A model generated the notes under the pieces. That model ran no database searches. It was not told where the DNA came from and saw only the letters and a program-made list of their open reading frames with translations. The position numbers and the translations under genes were made by a program. Below, one piece after another: positions 39,152 to 51,805 of a stretch of 64,000 nucleotides of DNA. The stretch comes from Octopus bimaculoides (Eukaryota). Each line of letters starts with the position of its first letter. Position 1 is the first letter of the stretch. The DNA lies in assembly GCF_001194135.2 (NCBI RefSeq), contig NC_068993.1:52293842-52357841 (forward strand), read 5' to 3'.

Positions 39152-40921
39152 GTATAACATGTATGTGTGTGTGTATCTGTATATACACATATACTCGTGT
39201 GTGTGTGTGTGTGTGTGTAATCCATGCTAGAATAATTGGTGATGGTGATGATGATGATGATTGTTGATGATGATGATTATGATAATCATTTTGTTATTGT
39301 TGTTGTGTTGTTGTTTAGTTCCAAGTCATCCCCTGATTGAACAGACCTATTGTCAAAGACAGTCTAGCTATGACCATTCTGTCACATCAGTTCAAGTTAG
39401 TTGGGTATGATTTCTTGGAAATTCAGCTTCTGTTTTTACCGGGTCAAGCAACCACATTGACACTCCCTCATTGACAATCATGAATATTGTGTTGGTGTTG
39501 GTGGTGGTGGTGGCAGCGATGATGAAGATAATGATGATGAGCTGACATTTTATCAGTTCTCTATGTGGTCATGTACTCAGCAATTATCTCAAGAATTTAT
39601 CTTTTGTTTTTAAGAGTTGTTTTTTTTTGTTTTGTTTTTTTACCAATCTTACATTTATTATACAATTCTCTATGAATACTCTAATTTACAGAATATTTGA
39701 AGAATTTGTTATTGTTGCTATTCTTGTTAGCAAAGAACAGTTTTTTATCAGCTCAGCTTAAGCAGACTTGTTCCATAAAGGTAGTAACTGAATACCTGGA
39801 AGTAACCCTCGCTGTGTGCAAGATATGCCACACTTCAGTTTGGTCAAGGACTCTACTATACACCCTATCTTAGCAATTGTTTATTTTGGTACTGTTTAAC
39901 TCCAGCTCGTGAAGGCATGTGGCTTGGTGGTTAGGGTATCCAACTCATGATCATAAGGTTGTGAGTTCAATACCCGGTGTATTGTGTCTTTGAACAAGAC
40001 GCTTTATTTTTCAAATTGCTCCAGTCTACTCAGATGGCAAAAATGAGTAGGACCTGTATTTCAAAGGGCCAGTTTTGTCACATTCTTTGTCAGGTTGAAT
40101 CTCCTTGTGAACTATGTAAACGGCACATGTGTCTGTGGAGTTCTCAGCCACGTTTTTTTTATTCTTTTATTCTTTTACTTGTTTCAGTCATTTGATTGTG
40201 GCTATGCTGGAGCACCACCTTAAAGAGTTTTTAGTTGAAGAAATCGACCCCAGGACTTATTATTTTGTAAGCTTCTTTTGTTGCACTGCTAAGTTACAGG
40301 GATGTAAACACACCAACACCAGTTGTCAGGTGATAGAGGGGGGTGCAACCACTAACACACACACACACACACACACAAATATATATATTATACATATAAG
40401 TATACACATTTACTCAAGGTGCCACTCATTGGGACTGAACACGGAACCATTTATTTGGGAAGTGAACTTCTTACCACACAGCCTTGCTTAAACCTATTTG
40501 ACTCAAATTATAATAAAAATTTTGAAAATGTTAATGCGGTCAATAACATGTACAATTTAATGGCTTCCTAATTCCTGGTGTCTTGCACTTAGTCTGTTAT
40601 TATTGAGCTTCCTATATATATATATATAGGAAGGGCATCCAGCTGTAGAAACTCTGCCAAATCAGACTGGAGCCTGGTGTTGCCATCCGGTTTCACCAGT
40701 CCTCAGTCAAATCGTCCAACCCATGCTAGCATGGAAAGCGGACGTTAAACGATGATGATGATGATGATGATATATATATATACAAATGACACTGTAGCCT
40801 ACAAAAAGTTTATATGACCTAATTCTCGGCCAAATGACCCATATTAGTACATCACTAAACTATCCAACTATCTACATTTTTATCCTAGAATACCTTCATG
40901 TTTCTTCTATATTCTATCATT

Positions 40922-40982
<61 letters not shown>

Positions 40983-41929
40983 NNNNNNNNNNAATAAGAA
41001 TATTTTGGTGTAATTTGTGCATTAAATTTTTTTTTTTTTTCAAATATATATTAAAAATTGTATTTATTTATTGTGTTTTAGCCTATAAATACAAGCAATT
41101 TAAACTAGAGAATTTTTTTTATTTTTAAGTACTTACTTCCTGCAGTAAATAAAGCAAAGTTACCATGACTTTTACATTAAGAGTTTTTGTTAGTTTTTTT
41201 TTTTTTTGTTTATTTTACACATTTTTCAGAAATGTAGTTTTTTTAATATTTTCATAGGTTTTCTTTTTTTTGTGCAGCACCTAGCAACATCTTGCAGCTC
41301 ATCAGTGTGTCACCATGTATTGTTATTTGGGAGTCACTTATCTAAATGGTTTAATAGTATCATGCTTATTTGCTTTTCTGTACACATCTATTAATTGAAC
41401 AACTACGAGGATCTCTTATTGATCTCTCGTTGTTATTAAGGATTGCAAATTGTTTTCATTTTGTGTTGTTGCTGTTGTTGTTTCTTTTTGGTGTTTTCTT
41501 TTTCTGTCTGTTCTGCTGGATTGCTTTGGTAGGAAGTAATGAGTTAGCTTTCAGTTAAGATAATATTAAACTAAGATCGACTTTCTCTCTTTGCCGTTTG
41601 AAATCTAGTAGAGTAAATTGTAAGCACAAAAGGAGTTGTAATGATAAAGCTTGTTGTAAAGATCAAGTGTTACGTAGTTAAGGTGGAACAATAAAGCTAA
41701 ACCAGTAATTTCGTTGCTATGAACAGCATTTCAATAAGCTGATGATGATTTCACTCGGACAACTCATATAAGCACTTCTACTTTACCCAAATTAATATTT
41801 ACTTTTGTGTTATTTTCTCTCTGTCTATTAGTTATGGCTACAAATATACATGGTATTCAATAATAAATATTTTTACAGTAGCTGAGTACCTTAAGGAAAG
41901 TAGAAAATAAAACTGCTTCCTACTTAGAT

Positions 41930-42432
41930 TCTCTTGCCTCTAAAAGCATATTGTGATTAGCATCTGGATTTGGACATTTTTGTCCTTGTAGAAAGGGATG
42001 AAGACAAAGAGATTGCACCCATTGGATTTTTGCAAAAATAGTAAGATCCTGAATGATTGCAAGTTGGCATATCTAGGAAAAACATAAACAGGAAAGGAAT
42101 TTCAGAGGGTTAACATTCTGTAAAAGGACTGGGCATAATCGTTACAGTAGAGCTCGGGGGCAAGCAACAGTTGATAGTCACTGGTTTTTGTTCAATGCTT
42201 TCATGTGAGGATACAGAATCCAATGTAACCACATGTGAATTGTTGGCGATTTTTTTTTTCCTCCATCTTCCTTTTTGCCTTGGACTTTCCTCCGTCCCCT
42301 GTTTCTGACGAAGAGCTTTGCTCAAAATGTAAGACCACTTTTCTTTCCTTCCCTGAGCATCTGCTAATACTTTGCATGTACCACATCTTCACGTTTTTGT
42401 TTATTTTTCTTGTGTTTGTTCTTCATTTTTTG
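41930..42432 (+). mobile_element. Penelope-like element terminal segment ending at a (TA)n tract
   Basis: Contains CTGACGAAGAGC-TTT-GCTC-AAAATGTAAGAC followed by a pyrimidine-rich tail ending at (TA)n. This layout resembles Penelope-like terminal repeats. The left boundary is uncertain. Confidence 0.5.
42301..42335 (+). ncRNA. Degenerate minimal type I hammerhead ribozyme (probably inactive)
   Basis: GTTT (stem I) - CTGACGA - A - GAGC TTT GCTC (stem II) - AAAAT (expected GAAAC) - GTA - AGAC (stem I'). Both core deviations fit CpG decay of CGAAACG to CAAAATG. Confidence 0.6.
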
Positions 42433-42438
42433 GGGATT

Positions 42439-42493
<55 letters not shown>

Positions 42494-43305
42494 AGAGTAT
42501 TGTAGTTCGACACATATGTATATACATATACATATATATACATATATTCATACACACACACATACATGCATACACATATACATACATACATACATACTTT
42601 TAAAAATATTTTCAACTTTACATACTCATTCAGATGTTTGAGTGTATGCATATAAAAATTTATTCACATAAATATTTTTAAATATTTGGAACTTTATATA
42701 CCCATACAAAATGTTTGGGTGTATGTGTATATAAATTTATTCACACTAATTTTTTTCTCGTACGTGATGAAACCACAGTGTTTATCATACAAGTGCAATT
42801 ATTTAGTCAGTGAGTAAAGCTTGGGTTGTAATGTTGAGTTAGTTCAGTGTCTAGTTAGTAGTTTAGTTTTGATATATTTCCCATTCCTGTAATCAATCAA
42901 TCTGTCAAAACTGCTACCTGTTGTCTCTAAAGTTATCTAACACTGAAATTTCAGTGTGAGTTAATAAACCTGAAATGTCTTAAAGGTACCTCTGTCTATA
43001 ATGAGTATACTTTCTAGTGAAAGTAACCCAGAAGTGAATATGTAATATATTGCTCTAGTTTCTAATAGGTTTCATTAGTAACTGATTAAACAAAACCATA
43101 CCAACTAAATTGTTACTTCACTTAATTCTTACTTTCACACATAATAGTTGCCTATTCATTCACCTAATTCTGTCCAGCAGCTTTTCCTAACAGAGTTATA
43201 TTCCAAGATTATTAATTTTTCTCAATATAGTATGAAATTATCTCTTCCTCTCTCTATTCATCACTTCACAATTTTAATTGGAAACAACTGTGCGATTCAG
43301 CTCCT

Positions 43306-43344
<39 letters not shown>

Positions 43345-45232
43345 CTGAATAGATTAAAAATACTCTGGATATTTTACCTTGCTGTTATCCATCCATTATC
43401 ACCACCGACAAAAGAAAAGCAAAAAAAAAAAAAAATTTTATAAGAATAAAATAAAATGATAAAGGAATTTATTAATTTCTAAGAGTTTCAATTTTATATC
43501 TACCATTACAGCAAGTTGGAAAACATTAATATATTTCACTAGATTAATTTGGTCATGGTAAATTGGTAAATATGATATTTACTCTCTTTTTCTCCCACTC
43601 TAACACATCATCATTTCATGTTCTTATATCCTTATAGTTTTAGGATTTACAAATATTGAATTCTTTTGATTATGTGGTATGATCAATACTTATTTGAAGA
43701 AGAATATAGTTGATTGAAATGCATGTTGTTCAATAAGAATGATAGGTAGAGTATACCTCGGTAAGATCTAAATTAACAACAGCTACCATTGAATTATTTG
43801 CATTTAAGAATCCAGTCCAGTATTTTATATTACAAAAATTCAATTAAATGTTATTATTGATACAGAGTCAATTTTTCTAATGCTAGGATATAGTTTATCG
43901 AATGTAGCATAATATATTACTGATACATATTTATCAACCCCTGTGAAATGAAGAATAAAATCTTCTAGGATAGGTTTGAACTCAGATCCATGAGATGTGT
44001 TCATTTAGTCTCTCACTCTCTCTACAGTTAGATACTGAGTGGATTTAAAATCAATGATCCCCTCCCTTCAAACAATAACCCTATTTTATCTTGTACTAAA
44101 GTTTTTGGGGTTTTTTTTTTTTTGCCAAACTGTAGAAAGCTTGAGGGCCGTCTCCACACCATTAAAGGTCCCCAAGCAAATAAATGTACTGGGTCCTGTA
44201 CTGGCATTCCACTGGTTATGACAGTGAAGTTTCCAGTTGAACCGATCTACAGAACAGCCTGCTTTTGAAGTTAACATACATGTGGCTGAGCACTCCACAG
44301 ATGCATGCACCCTTAACTTAGTTCTCAAGGAGATTCAGCATGACACAGAGTGTGACAAGGCTGGCCCTTTGAAATACAGGTACTGTTTGTTTTTGCCAGA
44401 TGAGTGGACTGGAACAACTTGAAATAAAGTGTCTTGCTCAAGCACATGATGTGTCACCAGGAATTGAACTCCATAACCACTAAGTCATACACCTTCACAC
44501 ATTGGGTCCTCTATATTAACAGCAAACCACAGCTTATATAGATCAGAATTGGGTCCCTAAGTCTATAAGTTCCCTTGGCAACTCCTCAGTGTGCCCCATG
44601 CCTCAAGTCAACACTTAAGACAACAGTTTTTTTTTTTACCTTTGTGGTTTTCTGTGTGGCTTTCTCCTCTTTATCAGAATATCTTCTTTTATTTCTGATG
44701 CCTGTGAAGGACATTCTTATAGGATTCTTTTGTTTTATTTTTGGTTTGTTTATTTGTTTTAAGTTATTTGTTCTTTAATGTCGCATAAAAACAAACCCAT
44801 CCTGTGAAAAATATTTAAAAAATTTCAGTTGTCTTTTTCTGGGATATGTTTAATGTGTATATTTTGTATTGTTGACAAAGAAATGTTTCTGTTTTATTTC
44901 ATTGTCTTGCATAAAAAGAATTTGGAGCTAGTTCACCTTAGAGATTTCCTTCTTTGTTGACTTCTAGTGATCCATGCGGACAAAGTTTGAAATTCTATCG
45001 TGAGACACACAGATAAAAGATCTTTCAAAATATGCATTGTTCATTCTACAGCATTATGGACTGAAAATAGTGTAGGCATCACGTTCACATGGTAGAGGTG
45101 TTTCACGTTATTTCTGAAGCAGTGATTCAGCATATTTATTTCTTCTTGTTGGGTGGTGGATTATTCATTCCATGAACAGTGTATTGTGAAGTGAAGCTTA
45201 GATTATGTTTGACTGCATTTGTGGTATAAAAG

Positions 45233-45274
<42 letters not shown>

Positions 45275-46970
45275 CATAAATACAATGCGCATAAACACAA
45301 ATATGTGTATGTATGTATGTATAGATATAGACACAGATAGATATAGAGATAGAAATACATTATATTTATAGATATGTGTATGGCATCCATCAGTTTTAAC
45401 AGATTAGGAAGAACACTTATTGACAGGAGGAATATAGTTATTTTTTGTAATGTTTTATAATGTTTTTATATTCTTTCTTTTTATTCTGTCTATTTTATAC
45501 CTCAGTTTGTAAACAATACCAGCATCAGTTACAGTTTTCTGGGAAACCAATTACAAGTTCACTTAATTTTTGATAAAGTGCTTTTAACTTGGTGGACTTC
45601 ATTCAAAAACTATTGGATTTTCACCAACCTCTCATCTAGCACACAACCACTTCCCTCAGTTCTACAACCTCTCTCAATTAAGAGGTCCTTGTCTTGTGAG
45701 CTACTTGGCGACCCGGCAGTTGCCATTGCCTTGTAAAAAGCACCTGTGTCGGTGCCACATAAAATGCACCTGTACCAGTGTCATGTAAAGAACACCCAGT
45801 ACATTCTGTAAAGTGATTGGTGTTAGGAAGGGTATCCAGCTGTAGAAACCAAGCCACAACAGATGACTGGATCCTAGTGCAGGTCTCCGGCTTGTCAGCT
45901 CCATTCAAACTGTCCAACCCATGCCAGTATGAAAAACATGTCAAATGATGATGATTATGTCCATTGCCAATATACATTGAAAGTCATGATTTGAGGAGGA
46001 TTTAGTTGTTATTTCTTGCAGATTACATAATGGTGCAGAAGCTTCCTCTTTGGTTCATAACATATCTTCAGTTTTCATGTCAAGCAATTTTCTCAGGAAA
46101 AGAAATTCAAAATAAGAGTGGGAACCCATCATGGTTTGGCTTTCAGAACTCCTCATTAAAATATCCTTAAGGAATTATGAAGTCCAGGACTTATTCTTTA
46201 TGATTGTAAGGTTGCTGTCATAAGCTGACAATTCATATCCCATGTTATAATCATTCTTTTCTAAAATCATTTCAACTTATGTTTCCATACCTATATATTT
46301 CATTTAGTTGTATCTGAGCGGTATTTAGTTACAACTCTTATGCATTCTGAGTTCACATCCTGGTATGGACATTTCCCGAGGCTAATAAAATATTAAAGTA
46401 CCTGTCAATCTTTTCTTGTGGTGATTTAATTGACTGTATCCATCTCCCTATGCAAAGCTTGTTCCTGTGTATGAAATCAATATTTACATCTACAATTCAT
46501 ATATGGCAGCACAAATGATAATGCTACATGTAATAGTATCTTCTTTTTGATTTGTGAACATTTTACAGTCCTTGCATTATGATCAACTACTTCTGTCTTT
46601 TCATTAAATGCTTTGCAGTAGCCACTTGTATCTCTTAGATATGTTGCTTAGCCCTTGATTAAGCCTTGTCATGCAGACCACCAATCAATGCTATTTCATT
46701 TTGTTATTCCATCAATATTTTATCAAATTGCAAAGCTGTGATTTTTAGTTCATCCTTGATTTTCTTTAACATGCAACACAATTTCTTTTTTAAACAGTAC
46801 CATATGAATCACAAAAACTGAACACATTCATAAACAAACTCATATTTACATACATATGTATGCATTATGTTCGATGAAGGTGAGCAAGCCAAAACTTTGA
46901 AGTTACTGTCAACCTTTTCCTTGTAAAAGTTAATGTGTGTGTGTGAGAGAGAAAGGGGAGGAGGGAGAGA

Positions 46971-47001
<31 letters not shown>

Positions 47002-47769
47002 TGAGGGAGGGAGTGATATCTAGTTTCTGCAAAGGTCTTGTCTTCCAAATTCCAGTCATGAGGCTACAATAAAAGACACTTACCTAAGAGGCAATGCAGT
47101 GGGATTGAACCTGAAGCACATGGTGACCTTCTTAACCACACACCCATGTTTACAATATGATAGAATTTCTCAGTCTGTCTGTCTTTATAGTTTACATTGC
47201 TTTTGATTGCTCCATCCTGTCTCAAGTTATAACTTAAAGCATGTAAAACTCATTGTAGTCCACTGGACACTTTTTTTTTTGTAGGTATTCTTTTATTCTT
47301 TTACTTGCTTCACTCATTTGGCTGCAGCCATTCTGGAGCACTGTCTTGAAGGGTTTTTAGTCAAACAAATCAACCCCAGGACTTATTTCTTAAACCTAGT
47401 ACTTATTCTATCAGTCTCTTTTGCTGAGCCGGTAAGTTATGAGGATGTAAACACACCAACACCAGTTGTCAAATGATGATGGGGGACAAACATGACCAAA
47501 TGAGAGTAGCAAGAGTTTGTTTCTTTTGCATTGATGGCAATGCTGGTTGCTAACAATTGTGATTAATGCTTGTATTAATAATGTCATTCACCAGCGAAAC
47601 AGAATCATCAGAGCGTTAAACCAAAAAAACATATTATTGCAGGCAGGACCAGATTTACTGATCTTGAGGTCATTGTTCACAATTCTAGATTTACTTGTTT
47701 TGAAGTGCCTTAAAGCTTCAAAATAGATCAAGGTTAAATCAAGTGTCATTCTTCATAGATACACTGTTG

Positions 47770-47855
47770 TCGTCGTTTAACTCCAGCTCAACCCTCATCA
47801 AGCAAACCTATGATCAAACAGCATTCTAGCTGTGACCACCCTGGCTTTTTATACA
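47770..47855 (+). repeat. Family H short dispersed repeat
   Basis: CCCTCATCAAGCAAACCTATGATCAAACAGCATTCTAGCTGTGACCACCC. Related copies lie near 9835-9915, 17650-17720, 27230-27320, 39315-39385 and 48690-48760. Confidence 0.6.
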
Positions 47856-47917
47856 TCATGTAATACTTCATGTAATACTTTATACAACTTTTTTTTCCAT
47901 TTTTAAAGCAGTATATT

Positions 47918-48672
47918 TTCTTCTTCTTCTTCTTCTTCTTCTTCTTCTTCTTCTTCTTTTTCTTCTTCTTCTTCTTCTTCTTCTTCTTTTTCTTCTTCTT
48001 CTTCTTCTTTTTCTTCTTCTTCTTCTTCTTTTTTTTCTCCTTTTTCTGCTACTTCCTCTTCTACTCCTTCCTATTCCTCTGCTTCCTCTTCNNNNNNNNN
48101 NNNNNNNNNNNNNNNNNNNNNNNNNNNNNNNNNNNNNNNNNNNNNNNNNNNNNNNNNNNNNNNNNNNNNNNNNNNNNNNNNNNNNNNNNNNNNNNNNNNN
48201 NNNNNNNNNNNNNNNNNNNNNNNNNNNNNNNNNNNNNNNNNNNNNNNNNNNNNNNNNNNNNNNNNNNNNNNNNNNNNNNNNNNNCCTTTCTTTCCGCTTC
48301 TCCCCCTCCCCTTTCTACTGATCTTCATACTCCTCCCCATCTTCCTCCTCTTCTTCTCCCCTCCTTCCTCCTCATCTTCATCCTCGTTCCCATCTTCCTC
48401 TCCCTCCTCACTTTCCTCCTCTTCTTTATCCTCCTCTTCTTCTTCTTCATCTTCCTCTTCTTCTTCTACTACTTCCTCTTCTACTCCTTTCTATTCCTCT
48501 GCTTCCTCTTCTTCCTTCCCCTTCTGTCTCCTCTTCATCTTCCTCTCCTTCCCCTTCTCCCTCCTCTCCTTCCTCTTCATCTTCCTCCTCCCCATCTTCC
48601 TTTCCTTCTGCTTCTCCCTCCTCCCCTTTCTCCTCATCTTCATACGCCTCCCTGTCTTCCTCCTTCTCTTCT
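47918..48672. repeat. (CTT)n and long polypyrimidine low-complexity tract spanning an N gap
   Basis: Almost exclusively C/T on the + strand. Confidence 0.9.
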
Positions 48673-49065
48673 TTGAGTAGAAGGCAGTTGTGATTGTTTA
48701 GCCAAAGCTTAGTCTTCATCAAATGCATCTATGATCAAAACCTTTCTATCCATGATGATCTAGTCTTTCCATTTTTTTTTTTTTTGGTACTGGTGATGGT
48801 ACCATATAAAAAGCACAGGGGCTGGTGCAACGTAAAAAGACCTGGTTCACTCTGTAAAGTGGTTAGCATTAAGAAGGGCATCCAGCTGTAGAAAGCAAAT
48901 CAAAAACAGACTATGCAACCAAGTGCAGCTCCTAGCCTTGCTAGTTCCTGTCAAACCATACAACCCATGCCAGGTGGAAAATGGATGTTAAATGATGATG
49001 ATGGTCATAATGATGAGGATGATGATGATGATGCTGATATACCAGTGACTACATTTATTCAATGT

Positions 49066-49445
49066 CATCATCATCATCATCATCATCGTCGTTTAACGTA
49101 CACTTTCCATGCTAGCATAGGTTGGACAATTTGACTGAGGACTGGTGGACCAGGAGGCGACACTAGGCTCCAATCTGATTTGGAAGAGTTTCTACAGCTG
49201 GATGCCCTTCCTAACGCCAACCACTCCGAGAGTGTAGTGGGTGTTTTACGTGCCACCGGCACGAGGGCCAGTCAGGCGGTACTGGCGATGGCCATGCTCG
49301 AAATGGTGTATTTTACGTGCCACCTGCACAGGAGCCAGTCCATCGGCAATGATCTCGCTCGAATGTCTTTTCATGTGCCACTAGCACAAGTGCCAGGGAG
49401 GCGACGTTGGTAACGATCAACGGCCACGCTCGAAATGGTGTCTTT
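49066..49445 (-). mobile_element. Family E: RTE-type 3' end repeat with (GAT)n tail
   Basis: Shared end AGGAAGGGCATCCAGCTGTAGAAAC...AGCATGGAAAG...GTTAAAC-(GAT)n. Other copies: 2265-2510, 3701-3960, 5615-5800, 12715-12875 (-), 21178-21450, 21455-21597, 38350-38470 (-), 40628-40770, 45681-45960, 48790-49035, 59033-59330 (-). Confidence 0.8.
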
Positions 49446-50431
49446 TTTTTTTTTTTTTTTTCCAAACAGCAAGGATTGATTTGAGGTAGATTTGGTTTCT
49501 AATTCTAGCAAGTTGTATGACAACAAAAATTTCCTTCATTAGCTCTGGCTTAAAAGTTACATATGTAAGAAATATTTAGACAAAACAAAAAGACAAAAGT
49601 ATGTAAAATAATAGGCTGTGTGAATTTTGACCAAGTTATCATGTAAACACTATTCTACAAAAAATGGTAACAGTGCTAGTTAGAAGAATCTTTTGTATTT
49701 GGGTAAGCTGGTGGTTGTCAGTTATTTTCTCTGATTTATCCAACTACATCAATAACGACTGGAATTATTGTTGCTTTCATCTGCCGGAGGTTTGCTATTT
49801 GTATTATTTTTATTTCCAAACTAGGATACTTGGCTAATTTGTAACACTCTTTTGTAGAGATATAATTAGCATACAGTATTATCATATGCACTATTAAACA
49901 TGTCTTGTTTTGTTTTTTGTTTAGTTTTTTTTTTTGTGTTTTTACATCTATAGCTAGACAATATCATAACTCTTCTTCTCGATTAGATTCATTATTTCAC
50001 ATTAATTATAACTGTTTGGTCGATGATGGTTGTGGGTAATGTAAGTTTTACTTTATCTTTTTGAGGGTTAATTTCAGAGCTATATTTGCAAGACTACCTG
50101 TAGTTGATATGAGACAAATTTTCTGACACACTTTGAAAAAAAAAAAAAAACTATTGCATTTCTTGACAAATCACATTTTCAATTTCCACATGAAATATAC
50201 AGTGGGAGAGAGAGACAGAGCAAGAAAGATGGATTCATGTATATTTATATGTAACATGTTTCTTTGTTAATATAATGTACTTATCTTATTTGTCTTATAT
50301 ATGTAATTATATTTCAAGTTTTGCCTGTGTCTGTTCAAAAAATTACATTTATTTGTATGTGTTTCTGTTTGTGTGTGTGTACACAAACACATGCACAAGT
50401 ACACATGGATACCAGTATGTACCTCTTCCAG

Positions 50432-50485
50432 ACAGATGTAATTTTGAAGATATGCAACTTCTTGTTAAAGACATTCTATGAAATA
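50432..50485 (+). CDS. Candidate 54-bp exon, product unknown
   Basis: CCTCTTCCAG acceptor, GTAAGC donor, open in phase 0: TDVILKICNFLLKTFYEI. Confidence 0.2.
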
Positions 50486-50919
50486 GTAAGCGTACATTAG
50501 CACAAAGTTAAGTTTTTGTTTCAATTCTCTGTTGGAATGGCTGTAAATATAGCTTACACATTCTCTAACTTGTTTTGGAAAAGTTCTCCATGTTAGTTTA
50601 GTAGTGATATTTCACTGTACTCTACTATAGACTTTTTTTTCTTTTTTGGCATTAACATTTGTAGCTATATATTCTTCTAATACTACTTACTAAACCAGAG
50701 AGAGAGAGAGAGAAAGAGAGAGATCTTTATTTTGTAATGTACTGAAAGTGGAAAAAATTTCTCCAGTTTTCATCAAGTTATGAAATTTTAAAATTGTTTA
50801 TTCTTATTATTCCTTATGAACTTCAATGAATCTGTCAGAATTCTGTTTATATATATATATATATATGTGTGTATATATATATATATATGTGTGTATATAT
50901 ATATATATGTGTGTATATA

Positions 50920-51194
50920 GATAATAACAACAGATGGAGCAAAACACATGTCGATGAAAGTTCCTTTAATTCCTACATATATGTTTCGAAGCAAGTGAGG
51001 GCCATTTCACAAAAAAAGGGGGTAGCTGGAATTATCACTTGTTTCTCATCAGGTGATAATTCCAGCTACCCCCTTTTTTTTGGAAATGGCCCCTTTTTTT
51101 TTTGTGAAATGGCCCTCACTTGCTTCGAAACATATATGTAGGAATTAAAGGAACTTTCATCGACAAGCGTTTTGCTCCATCTGTTGTTATTATC
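50920..51194. repeat. Foldback element in a TA tract
   Basis: GATAATAACAACAGATGGAGC...GGAATTATCAC inverted against GTGATAATTCC...GCTCCATCTGTTGTTATTATC. The loop is about 10 nt, and the right arm has a duplicated segment of about 20 bp. Confidence 0.9.
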
Positions 51195-51363
51195 CATATA
51201 TTCTCAAAATGTATCACGTTAACTCAGTATATCAACCTGTAAAACAGCTGGGATATCTTGTTTTTTAGTGTAATTTTGCTACCCATGGTAACTATTAACG
51301 TATTCAAATTATCGAAAGTTTCAATAACTGAGATAATATTAATACACATAAAATAATATACAA

Positions 51364-51406
<43 letters not shown>

Positions 51407-51410
<4 letters not shown>

Positions 51411-51668
51411 TAAATATACAGGGATTAGCATTGAGTTGCTTCTCCAACATACTGAAAATTTAGAAATAGCAGTCAAAGAACTACTGATTCTAAACTACAA
51501 ATTTTTCTCTAAATTTTTCTCCGGTTTTTTGCTCTATGTGTGCCATAAATATCGCCATCCATTTAGAGAAAAATTTGTAGTTTAGAATCAGTAGTTCTTT
51601 GACTGCTATTTCTAAATTTTCAGTATGTTGGAGAAGCAACTCAATGCTAATCCCTGTATATTTATGAT
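51407..51668. repeat. Foldback element with perfect 108-bp inverted arms
   Basis: 51407-51514 is the exact reverse complement of 51561-51668, with a 46-nt spacer. (TA)n lies on the left. Confidence 0.95.
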
Positions 51669-51770
51669 GATAAATGGTTTTACCGATAAAGGTTTTTTCA
51701 TACTGAACTACTTGGCAAAATTGTTAATTATTAATTCTATTATTAATTGATGATTCCCTGCCCTTATTCT

Positions 51771-51805
<35 letters not shown>

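Noticed and set aside
48447-48728. Glu/Gly-rich ORF resembling an acidic protein tail
   Set aside because: It is the antisense reading of a low-complexity polypyrimidine tract, with no splice or homology support.
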